A stretch of 44,209 bases of DNA from an uncultured Christensenella sp. (GTDB taxonomy: Bacteria > Bacillota > Clostridia > Christensenellales > DTU072). The position numbers and the translations under genes were made by a program. This document shows, one piece after another, positions 9,998 to 17,879 of this stretch. A model generated the notes under the pieces. It was not told the DNA's origin. It saw only the letters and a list, made by a program, of their open reading frames with translations, and ran no database searches. The stretch spans positions 1 to 44,209 of the forward strand of contig CAYVEU010000001.1 in the NCBI GenBank assembly GCA_964450015.1. Reading direction: 5' to 3'. The stretch's first letter is position 1; each line of letters opens with the position of its first letter.

Positions 9998-10004
9998 CAA
10001 TAAT

Positions 10005-10062
10005 ATCGACGAAGAACGCAAGTAATTCGTCGATTTTACTTATTCACTCTTAACTCTTCACT
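10005..10062 (+). repeat. 58-bp direct repeat, copy 2
   Basis: Identical to 9465-9522. It supplies a terminator hairpin for the four-helix-bundle gene. Confidence 0.9.
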
Positions 10063-10090
10063 GACATGGATTTTCAAAAATTCGGTTGTG

Positions 10091-11740
10091 TTAAAATCCC
10101 CCGCTGAAAAGCATTTCCAGCAGTTCTTTCAGCGACTTACCTTTTATGCTATCTTTAAAATACGCGATTTCCGAGCGTATCATTTCGTCCAAAACCCGCA
10201 TACTACGTAGTTCTACCGAGGCTTTGTCGTCGGTAAACACGTATTCCGTTTTATCGTAACTTTCCATGCCGTTGCACACCTTTGCGAGCAGCGCGCGCAG
10301 GTCGTTGTCGCTTACCGCGTCCAAATTTTCTTTCAGCGCCTCTTTGACGTCGTAATCCGCCGCGTACAGCATTACGTTAGTACCGAACTTTGCCGTATAA
10401 ACGTAATCGAAAACGTTTTTTATCGTGGAAGATATCCAATCGTTTATATTCCCCTCGCCCTCGCTGTGCATATTGAGATTGACTTCTATCATGCCGCCCT
10501 CGTTAAGGTGCTCTTTGACCAGCGCAAAAAATTCTACCGTCGCCATTTGAAACGGAATACTTATATCCTGATACGCGTCTATCATGATGATATCGTAAGT
10601 TTTCTCGGTTGCGTTGATAAACGCTCTGCCGTCTTGTTCGTACGTTTTTACCGAATCGGGCAAATCGAAATACTCGCGGGCAAGCCGAATGATATCCCCG
10701 TCTATTTCCACGCCGTCTATATCGTTGTTTTCGAAATAGTATTCGCATTGCGTGGCAAACGTCCCCGCGCCCAAGCCCAAACTCAGTATATCCTTGGGTT
10801 TGTCCGCCCCGACGACGACGGGTGCGACGAGGGCGTAATCGTGATAGGTATAAGCAAGCCCCGGCGTTTTCGTTTTTACCGACTGCACGCCGAAAAGGAC
10901 GTTGGTGGAAAGAATACGTTTATCCTCTTCGTCCTCAACGCGCAAATAATTATACACCGACTCCCCTTCGTAAAGAATGTTGCTGTTCCAATACGCAATA
11001 CCGATTGCGCTGCTTGCGCCGCCCGCCGCTAGCGTAACGCACGCGAGGACCGTGGCGACCGCGCGCCTTAGCTTGTGCATAAAAAAGTATACCAAACAAA
11101 TAATGAACAAAATTGCGGCAAATATAACGAACGTTACCGAAGTCCCGACGGTCGGGATCGTGACGAACGTAGGTAAAAACGTCCCCAAAATACTGCCTAT
11201 CGTGTTGAGCGCCTCTATTTTGCCGACCGTCTTGCCGCTGTTGCTTAAATCCGAACACGCGTACCTAACCAAATTGGGCGTAACCATGCCGAGAATTAAA
11301 AGCGGATAGACGAAAACCACTATACAAGAGAGAAACGCCGCCCAAATTAAGTACCCTTTCGGCGCGGCGAGCGCGAGCCCGATAGCTATTCCCGACATTA
11401 CGAATTTCCCGAAAAGCGGCACGAGTCCGACCCAAACCGCCGCCGAGAGCAACAGCGTGAACATAAGATCCGGTTTTTGGTATTTGTCGGCAATTCTGCC
11501 GCCCAACATATTGCCCACCGCCATGGAAATCATTATAGTGCCGATTATTATCGTCCAAACTATTTGCGAAGAACTGAAATACGGCGACATAAGCCGCTGC
11601 GCGCCGAGTTCTATCGCCATAACCGACATTCCGCTGAAAAATCCCGTGATATATAAAAGCCACTTTTTTATTGAGCCCTTTTTTGCACGCGGTTCTTTTT
11701 CTCCGCCCGTGTCCTCTCGTAATACTCTTTTCGTTTTCAT
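10091..11740 (-). CDS. Fused polytopic membrane / spermidine-synthase-like (class I methyltransferase-fold aminopropyltransferase) protein
   Basis: N-terminal half has ~7-8 TM helices. C-terminal half carries LSLGLGAGTFA ... VEIDGDIIRLAREYF ... YDIIMIDAYQD. ATG at 11738-11740 is preferred over the upstream TTG at 11776. Confidence 0.75.
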   Translation of the reverse strand: MKTKRVLREDTGGEKEPRAKKGSIKKWLLYITGFFSGMSVMAIELGAQRLMSPYFSSSQIVWTIIIGTIMISMAVGNMLGGRIADKYQKPDLMFTLLLSAAVWVGLVPLFGKFVMSGIAIGLALAAPKGYLIWAAFLSCIVVFVYPLLILGMVTPNLVRYACSDLSNSGKTVGKIEALNTIGSILGTFLPTFVTIPTVGTSVTFVIFAAILFIICLVYFFMHKLRRAVATVLACVTLAAGGASSAIGIAYWNSNILYEGESVYNYLRVEDEEDKRILSTNVLFGVQSVKTKTPGLAYTYHDYALVAPVVVGADKPKDILSLGLGAGTFATQCEYYFENNDIDGVEIDGDIIRLAREYFDLPDSVKTYEQDGRAFINATEKTYDIIMIDAYQDISIPFQMATVEFFALVKEHLNEGGMIEVNLNMHSEGEGNINDWISSTIKNVFDYVYTAKFGTNVMLYAADYDVKEALKENLDAVSDNDLRALLAKVCNGMESYDKTEYVFTDDKASVELRSMRVLDEMIRSEIAYFKDSIKGKSLKELLEMLFSGGF

Positions 11741-11774
11741 ATTTAAAAGTATACCATAAAAGCATAACTTAGAC

Positions 11775-11810
11775 AAAAAAATTCCGTGTGTAATTACGCG
11801 GAATTTTTAC
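11775..11810. terminator. Bidirectional hairpin flanked by A- and T-runs
   Basis: aaaaaattccgtgtg-taatt-acgcggaattttt. Confidence 0.5.
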
Positions 11811-11941
11811 GCTGTTTACCTATATCCGGCACGGTCGGGCGTGCCGTCATTATATTTTTTCTCTTTGGTCATACAAACGACGGTTTTTTAATGAAGCCCG
11901 CTTTATTTCCGGTCGATTTTTGAAATAAAATTTTTTCTTTT

Positions 11942-13213
11942 TCACTCCACGCTATTAGATTGACTCCAAAGTATAGGCTCGTCAAACGTTCCGGTATAAT
12001 AACCTTTTATCAAACGCACCATTAAATCGCTTAGATATTCCACCGTAAACTCGCCTACTGCGGGAAGCTCGTGACTGTCTCCTATGCCGCTGTCGTCCGT
12101 TAAAAACGTGTATGTCCCACCTGTTAAGAGGGCTGCGCTGCGCATTGTATACTGCCCGAGAATATTCAATCCGCTTGCCGCCACGGGAATAATACGTATA
12201 CCTTTTTGCGCAGCAGATTTTACCGAATTCGCAAATACGCTTTGGTTTTCTTGTTGATCATGATACGGAGCGTCCAAAACGTGGAACAGCAATCTTGTTT
12301 TGGAATTTTCATGCCAACTCATATTGACTGCTTCGCTTAACGCCCTGTCAACGGCTTCTGGATAATCTCCGCCTCCGCTAGACACTTGCGCTCGTATATT
12401 CTTTACCGCGTCATTCAAGCCTTTCTCCGAGCTGACAACCGTAAAATCAAAATTTCTCGTCACGTACTCGTCACCGTTGTCACGATAAAACAGAAGTCCT
12501 AAGCGGATTTCGCAATTAAGCGCGGCGGAAACCCTTTTTACTACGCCCGCAAGCTCTTCACACAAAAAGCCAAGTTCGTCGCCCATTGAGCCCGTGGTGT
12601 CCACGACAAGCATTATCTCCAACTCGTCTTCGCAGGCAAGAAAATCGGCAAGCTCGATATTAGTCACCCCTTCGGCAACGTTAACGCTTGCTTCGAACTC
12701 TCCGCTTATTGCTTCCACTGTCGTACCGTTTCCGAAAACATATGCCTTGCCGGCACTGTCGGACATCGCCGAATAAATAACCTCGTTTTCTTTATAGAGC
12801 CGTACCGTCGCGCCGGGCACAGGCTTGCCGTCGCATGTTACGCTTATTTCGCGCATATCGAAGGTATTAAGCCCGCGCGGCGTTGTTAAAAATTCGTTAA
12901 ATATTCCATCGGGAACCGTTTGCTCCCCTTGCTCTCCGTCCACGCCTTTTTCAAATAGCTTCAACCATAATTCATAGTTAAGCGCGTCCCGCCACTCGGC
13001 CGCGGTAAGTTGCTTTACGATAGGCTTATCGTCTACGTCGGAAAATTCGCCGTTCTCCGGTTTACTTGCGTCCGCGATATCCGAGCTGTATTCGGGGGCA
13101 TAGCTTCCCATACCTCCATCCGACTTTGCTTCGGAACAGCCCGTAAAGGCAAATACCATAGCCAAGACAAGTATAATGCAAGTAAAAATCTTAACTTTTT
13201 TGCAGATTTTCAT
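11942..13213 (-). CDS. von Willebrand factor A (vWA) domain lipoprotein
   Basis: Lipobox FAFTGCSE. MIDAS-like LVVDTTGSMGDE. ATG at 13211-13213 is preceded by aaggaaggag. The ORF-track start at 13234 is a TTG. Confidence 0.8.
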   Translation of the reverse strand: MKICKKVKIFTCIILVLAMVFAFTGCSEAKSDGGMGSYAPEYSSDIADASKPENGEFSDVDDKPIVKQLTAAEWRDALNYELWLKLFEKGVDGEQGEQTVPDGIFNEFLTTPRGLNTFDMREISVTCDGKPVPGATVRLYKENEVIYSAMSDSAGKAYVFGNGTTVEAISGEFEASVNVAEGVTNIELADFLACEDELEIMLVVDTTGSMGDELGFLCEELAGVVKRVSAALNCEIRLGLLFYRDNGDEYVTRNFDFTVVSSEKGLNDAVKNIRAQVSSGGGDYPEAVDRALSEAVNMSWHENSKTRLLFHVLDAPYHDQQENQSVFANSVKSAAQKGIRIIPVAASGLNILGQYTMRSAALLTGGTYTFLTDDSGIGDSHELPAVGEFTVEYLSDLMVRLIKGYYTGTFDEPILWSQSNSVE

Positions 13214-13338
13214 ATTCTCCTTCCTTTTGGGCAAAACCGCTGTATATTAATATTATACAATGCCGTAAAACTATTTTCAAGAGTACCTTAAAAATTCATA
13301 AAGCGACGCTCCGTAAATTGCTTTACCCAAATAAATGA

Positions 13339-13356
13339 GGCTGTATTGTAACAGCC
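13339..13356 (-). terminator. Hairpin downstream of the 45-aa ORF
   Basis: ggctgt-attgta-acagcc. On the minus strand it is followed by the T-rich tcatttattt. Confidence 0.4.
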
Positions 13357-13361
13357 CCTAT

Positions 13362-13499
13362 TTAACTATTTTTTATCTTCTCGTTGCTTTCCTTTGCCTT
13401 TCCTTGAATTTCGGGTACGGTCGGCGCATTATCCTTATATTTCTTTTCCTTAGTCATACCGTTACCCGGTCCGTATCTTCTCATCCCTTTCTTTGCCAT
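13362..13499 (-). CDS. Small basic protein, 45 aa (MAKKGMRRYGPGNGMTKEKKYKDNAPTVPEIQGKAKESNEKIKNS). It falls below the ORF-track length cut-off
   Basis: ATG is preceded by a strong RBS (cggaggtaactATG). Stop TAA at 13362-13364, with a hairpin downstream. Confidence 0.45.
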   Translation of the reverse strand: MAKKGMRRYGPGNGMTKEKKYKDNAPTVPEIQGKAKESNEKIKNS

Positions 13500-13566
13500 A
13501 GTTACCTCCGTTTAGGTTAGTATGGCAAAACTTCAACGCTTACACACAAGTTTTTCCTAAAAATAA

Positions 13567-13582
13567 TCTTACGGTTGTAAGA
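13567..13582. promoter_or_regulatory. Palindrome tcttac-ggtt-gtaaga upstream of the XRE gene (candidate operator)
   Basis: 6-bp perfect arms, ~40 nt upstream of the XRE start codon. Confidence 0.3.
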
Positions 13583-13621
13583 ATTTAATCAATTATTTTG
13601 TTTTTAAATTATTATAGTGAT

Positions 13622-13831
13622 ATGGACAATAAATTTGCAGAAAGATTTAAAGGATTGCGATTAGAACGCGGACTGAGCCAAGCCGCCGCAGCTAAACTTT
13701 TCTACGTAAGCCAAAAAACCATCAGTTGTTGGGAACTCGGAAAACAAGAACCCAATCTAAGTTTGATAGTTTTAATCACCCAAAAATTCGGCGTAACAAT
13801 GGACTACTTAATCGGGTTAAAAGACTATTAA
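13622..13831 (+). CDS. XRE-family helix-turn-helix transcriptional regulator
   Basis: 69 aa. FAERFKGLRLERGLSQAAAAKLFYVSQKTISCWELGKQEPNLSLIVLI is a canonical Cro/C1 HTH. ATG at 13622 is preferred over the TTG at 13598. Confidence 0.85.
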   Translation: MDNKFAERFKGLRLERGLSQAAAAKLFYVSQKTISCWELGKQEPNLSLIVLITQKFGVTMDYLIGLKDY

Positions 13832-13855
13832 TCTTCGGTGAACAGTGAATCTTAA

Positions 13856-14027
13856 GGGGCGTAGAAGTGCGGGATTTTTTTCGAAACCGAATGGAAGTTT
13901 ACTGGAGTAAACGACTGCACGGCTTCGGAAAAGCAACCGAAAACTTAAATGAAAATATCCGCCATTTTTGACGGATATTCTATTTTTATAAATTGGTTAT
14001 TATCCTGTTTCGGCACGTAAAGCCTGC
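13856..14027 (+). repeat. Structured non-coding element, tandem copy 1 (~175 nt), ending in terminator-like hairpin 13954-13979
   Basis: Shares with copy 2 the blocks ggcgtag, gatttttttcgaaa, ggaaaag, ccgaaaac, aatatccg...cggatatt and tttcgg(g)cacgtaaagcctg. Confidence 0.6.
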
Positions 14028-14045
14028 CCGTATGTAGACGGCGGA

Positions 14046-14208
14046 GAGGCGTAGGATTTTTTTCGAAAGCAAGCGAGAGGCGTACTGAGTACGCCGAGTG
14101 AAGCTTTTGGAAAAGTGCCCGAAACTATATGAATATCCGCCATTTTATTTTAACGACGGATATTTTTATGCTAATTAATAATTTTTCGTTTCGGGCACGT
14201 AAAGCCTG
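14046..14208 (+). repeat. Structured non-coding element, tandem copy 2, ending in terminator-like hairpin 14132-14164
   Basis: Same block order as copy 1. The internal hairpin has a different sequence but still pairs: ggcgtac-tga-gtacgcc versus gtttac-tgga-gtaaac. Confidence 0.6.
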
Positions 14209-14223
14209 TGGCTATACGCCGCC

Positions 14224-15681
14224 TTACCAGCAACTGTTCTCTATCAAACGGGCGAAGAATTCTGCGCCCTTCACTGCACTCTTTATATTACACCGCTCGT
14301 TATCCGCATGTATTCTGTTTTGGTCGTCAAGGCACATTTCCAGCGGTCCGAAACGGTAAACGTGATCGCATACCTTATAATAGTGCTTGGCGTCGCTCGC
14401 CGCGATAAACGGATACGGCGCAATCGCATAGCCCGAAAATACTTCGCCTATGGATTTTAACATCACGTCGTAAGCAAAGCCGTCGGTAAGGCTCACGGGG
14501 GTCGGGTCGAAACCGGGGTTCAATTCGGTTACCTCTATATCCTTACCTACTACTTTCTTTATATAGTTTTTGACTTCTTCCTGCGTTTGTCCTATATTAA
14601 TACGCACGTTGACGACCGCGCTGGACGTTTTGGGTATGACGTTGGGCGCCGAGGACCCCTGCATTTGCGTAAAGGCAAACGTAGTCCTTATAATACTGTT
14701 CGTAATCGGATTGACTTTTCCGAGAACGAATTTAAGAAGCGGTCCCAAAATATCGCGGTTTGCAAACAGCAATCTGTACGGGAATTTCATATAAGGCGCA
14801 AGAGCTTTCATCGTAAGCTTCAACGGCTTCGACCAGTAAGCGCGCATGGGCAGGTGGCTAAGGTCGTAAATAGCTTCGCTTATCGCGTCCACGGAACTCC
14901 GCTTTTTCGGCGAGGACGCGTGTCCGCCGTCCTTAGTCGACGTGAGTTTATAATCGACGTAACCCTTTTCGCAAGTGCCGATAAGCGCAATTTTTCCGGG
15001 CACGCCGAGCAGCGCCCCGTCCATTATCGCGCCGCCCTCGTCCACGACGTACTCGAAACGGATATTGTTTTGATAGAGGTACTCGGCAATATTCTTCGCT
15101 CCGTCCTTACCGGTTATCTCCTCGTCGTGCCCGAAGCAAAGGTAAATGCCCCTAACCGGTTTTTCCTTTTTTATAAGCGTCGCTTCCAGACCTTCCAAAA
15201 GCGCTATCATATGCCCTTTCATATCCAAACTGCCGCGACCGTAGACGTAGCCGTCGATGATTTCTCCGCCGAACGGCTCGGTTTCCCACCCGTCGGCAGG
15301 CGCGGGAACGACGTCCTGATGCGACAAATAACAAACGGGCAAGAGTTCGGGATTCGAACCCTCTATTTTATAGATAAGGCTGTATCCGTTTATTACCGTC
15401 TTTTCGGCGTATTTATGAATCGTCGGATAAGTTCTCTCCAAAAACTCGTGGAATTTCAAAAACGGCTCGAAGCTTTGGTTTTCGTGAATTACCGTAACCG
15501 TCGGAATTTTAACGGCTTGACTCAAATGCTCCGCCAATACGTTTTCGTCGATGTTTACGGGCTCGAACGCCTCGCAAGCCGACTTCTTCGGACGCGTAAA
15601 CAACGCGCGCAAAACCATAAACAGTATTAATGCGGCGACTAAACCGCCTATACAAATTCCAACAATAGCTCCTGCACCCAT
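14224..15681 (-). CDS. M20-family metallopeptidase with an N-terminal membrane anchor
   Basis: 485 aa. SHQDVVP, WETEPFGGEI, GRGSLDMKG and CFGHDEE are typical M20/M25/M40 metal-binding and catalytic motifs. RBS aggag. Confidence 0.85.
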   Translation of the reverse strand: MGAGAIVGICIGGLVAALILFMVLRALFTRPKKSACEAFEPVNIDENVLAEHLSQAVKIPTVTVIHENQSFEPFLKFHEFLERTYPTIHKYAEKTVINGYSLIYKIEGSNPELLPVCYLSHQDVVPAPADGWETEPFGGEIIDGYVYGRGSLDMKGHMIALLEGLEATLIKKEKPVRGIYLCFGHDEEITGKDGAKNIAEYLYQNNIRFEYVVDEGGAIMDGALLGVPGKIALIGTCEKGYVDYKLTSTKDGGHASSPKKRSSVDAISEAIYDLSHLPMRAYWSKPLKLTMKALAPYMKFPYRLLFANRDILGPLLKFVLGKVNPITNSIIRTTFAFTQMQGSSAPNVIPKTSSAVVNVRINIGQTQEEVKNYIKKVVGKDIEVTELNPGFDPTPVSLTDGFAYDVMLKSIGEVFSGYAIAPYPFIAASDAKHYYKVCDHVYRFGPLEMCLDDQNRIHADNERCNIKSAVKGAEFFARLIENSCW

Positions 15682-15717
15682 TATTAAATCTCCTAAATAA
15701 ATTTCGTTACTATAATA

Positions 15718-15745
15718 GTATACAATATTTTTTCGCTAAAAACAA
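15718..15745 (-). promoter_or_regulatory. Putative promoter of the M20 peptidase gene
   Basis: Minus strand reads TTGTTT-17 nt-TATACT (plus-strand -35 at 15740-15745), ~35 nt upstream of the ATG. Confidence 0.4.
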
Positions 15746-15752
15746 GCCCTTG

Positions 15753-15764
15753 CGCTATGGGGAC
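15753..15764 (+). repeat. 12-bp direct repeat cgctatggggac, left copy (candidate target duplication/att)
   Basis: Identical 12-mer at 42532-42543. Both copies are followed within ~10 nt by aag(c)ttttttcc. Confidence 0.55.
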
Positions 15765-15790
15765 GGTGTCAAGTTTTTTCCGCATATTTC

Positions 15791-17116
15791 TTAATTATTT
15801 TTTATTGCGTTTTTTATCATACGCGCGAACGCGCTTGAAATCTTGCTTATTCCAGGTATTGCGCAAGCATCGACAGAATTGTTGACGGTCTTTGATATTA
15901 CGTTGTTACGTTTCAATTTCGCTACAATAGGGCTTTGCGCCTTTTCGCTAGTCGCAAAAAGCAAATTAAAATCGCCCTTATTGAACAGATACGCTCTTAG
16001 CTTTGCCATGCGCTCCGCGCCTGCTAAGCTCCACCCCATCGGACGCGAACTCATGCGCGCCGAAAGAACGTGCGATACGTGCCCTTCGGCACTGCACCTG
16101 CTGTCGCGGTTTATATACTCGATATTACCTGCAACGAATAATCTCAACCTATTAGCTTCTTTGCTTGAAATCTTATTGCTTCGGCATATACTTAGAAACG
16201 ACTGCTTATTACCCGTATAAACAGCGGTTGAAAGGCTTTTCAGTATTTCCTTATCCCCTTGACTTAAGGTTAGCAACGCTCTTTGCAGATGAAATTTGTC
16301 TAAGCTGAACTCAACGTTCGGCAAGATATAGCTTCCGTTCTTTATCCAGGTTGCGCCGTCGCCTGCTAAATGAACGTTGGCTTTGTGACAACGGTAATTG
16401 TCATTTATGTAATCTGCAACATCGTCCCATATATCGATTGCACCACCTTGTGCCGACGTAAAATAGCGCGGGTTTATGAGTTATGGTCTTTCTTTTGTGT
16501 TCTCCCTACCCTCATGCACGTAAACAAGCTTAACTTCTGCGGGCTTGCCCGTGTTCAAGTGTATGTGGTCTTCGTCCGCTTCGATGAAAATATCCGCCGC
16601 GTCCCTATTCGTTTGGGTATACGGTGCCTCTATCTCCTCTAAACTTTTGACGATGTTATACACCGTTTGTCGGGACACCGTGTTGTCGGCAATCTTTGCC
16701 GCCTTGCCGTAGCTTGTAATTACTGCATCTGATACGAGCTTCGCTTTCATTCCCTTTTCGATACGGCTACGCTTCTCAAGCTCAAGAAGCTCATCAACCG
16801 CAAAAAAATACCGTTCCTCTTGTTTGTCAAAGTAAAGCGTGTGCTTTATTTCAACCTCTCCCATTTCTGTAAGTAGCTTTCTCTTTTTGTTTTTATTGCG
16901 TATAACAATGCGGTGCTTGTCCCTATTTGCGTCGAACGTCGTTTCCAACGTCGCAACGATTAAACCCAGAACATTACATCCTAGCTCGTTCATTTCGTGT
17001 TTTGTTTTTTGTGTTATATCGGCAAACGACAACTTCCCGATACCGTGCGCGGAATAAAGCAAGATTTTATTGACGCTTTCCCTAATTACTTGTTCGATTT
17101 TCTCTTTTATTTGCAT
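15791..17116 (-). pseudogene. ISLre2 / UPF0236-family DDE transposase interrupted by one in-frame TAA (16481-16483)
   Basis: ORFs 16481-17116 and 15791-16324 are in the same frame (offset 159 nt). The frame stays open across the gap: ...VHEGRENTKERP*LINPRYFTSAQGG...HLAGDGATWIKNGSYILPNVEF... The layout matches UPF0236 proteins (..ADEDH.., ..RYFGG.., ..GDGA.WIK..). Confidence 0.8.
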
Positions 17117-17171
17117 AGCAAATACCTCCCGTTTTTGCAGGTATTATACTATTTTTATTTCCGCACACGGT

Positions 17172-17199
17172 AAAAAAAGCGGCATAATTGCCGCTTTTC
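17172..17199 (-). terminator. Intrinsic terminator after the element lipoprotein gene
   Basis: agcggca-taat-tgccgct with a T-run on the minus strand. Confidence 0.6.
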
Positions 17200-17212
17200 T
17201 CTTGAAATTTTG

Positions 17213-17248
17213 CAACTTGTCCGACTTGTCGAACTTGTTTAACTTGCT
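17213..17248 (+). repeat. Four tandem 9-bp units caacttgtc cgacttgtc gaacttgtt taacttgct
   Basis: Read directly. The first 17 nt are identical to 39829-39845. Confidence 0.8.
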
Positions 17249-17813
17249 ATTTCTCGTAAAAATAAGGAATAAATATGTAATCGTTATTATCGTCAACTAT
17301 AGGTTCCCCATCTAGGGTTACCTTTTGCTTGAACGCAACGGCTTGCCATTCCTCTTTTGTCAAATTGGTTTTCTTGAAAATATAAGTTATATCATCTAGC
17401 TCAACTGTCATTCTATCATTAGACACCGTCGCCTTATATATTTGTTGAGAACCATTATTATGCCCGAAATTAAAAGCTAAGCGATATATATCTTGTTGTT
17501 CCGTTGTTTGCGCACTGCCCAACAAACCATAGCTTTCATATAGAATTGTTTTGTCAGTTGAAATATATTCGTGGTTTGGAATATAAGCACGATAATTGTA
17601 AACGTGTATTGCCGTTTCTCCGTCTGCGGCTGTCCACTTCTTACATTCAAAATAATACTGTGCTTTGTCGTGCCCTTGCATATATCCAACCCACGAACCT
17701 ATGATACTCTCTTGCGGTTCTTCGGTTTTACCGCAGGCAACAAGCGATAACGCCATTACCGACGCTAGAATAACACAAAGCAAAACAATGCCTATTCTCT
17801 TTTTCATTTCCAT
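17247..17813 (-). CDS. Lipoprotein of unknown function
   Basis: Signal peptide plus lipobox LSLVACGK. ATG at 17811-17813 is preceded by aaggagagaga. Confidence 0.7.
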   Translation of the reverse strand: MEMKKRIGIVLLCVILASVMALSLVACGKTEEPQESIIGSWVGYMQGHDKAQYYFECKKWTAADGETAIHVYNYRAYIPNHEYISTDKTILYESYGLLGSAQTTEQQDIYRLAFNFGHNNGSQQIYKATVSNDRMTVELDDITYIFKKTNLTKEEWQAVAFKQKVTLDGEPIVDDNNDYIFIPYFYEK

Positions 17814-17879
17814 TCTCTCTCCTTGTTTGATGGGTAGATTATACCATATCATTTAGCCGTATTCAAGGAAAAATGCTAA

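Noticed and set aside
13335-13520. 61-aa plus-strand ORF
   Set aside because: It has no RBS and a hydrophobic, low-complexity translation. The opposite strand carries a 45-aa ORF with a canonical RBS and terminator.
14587-15630. 347-aa plus-strand ORF
   Set aside because: It is the antisense shadow of the M20 peptidase gene, which carries clear catalytic motifs. The ORF has no RBS or start context.
9116-15764. tmRNA as the attachment site of the conjugative element
   Set aside because: About 6 kb of ordinary backbone genes separate ssrA from the element. No copy of the ssrA 3' end is present at the far boundary. The only duplication at ssrA is the local 58-mer around the four-helix-bundle gene.
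16481-16483. TAA reassignment or an alternative genetic code as the explanation for the in-frame stop
   Set aside because: TAA clearly terminates other well-supported genes in the window, for example moxR, DUF58 and the spermidine-synthase-like gene. TAG and TGA are used as stops as well.
15791-17116. Two separate genes (177 aa and 211 aa) as listed in the ORF track
   Set aside because: Both are in the same frame, and the 159 nt between them are also open and encode conserved transposase sequence (..RYF..GDGATWIK..). This is one gene with a single nonsense codon.
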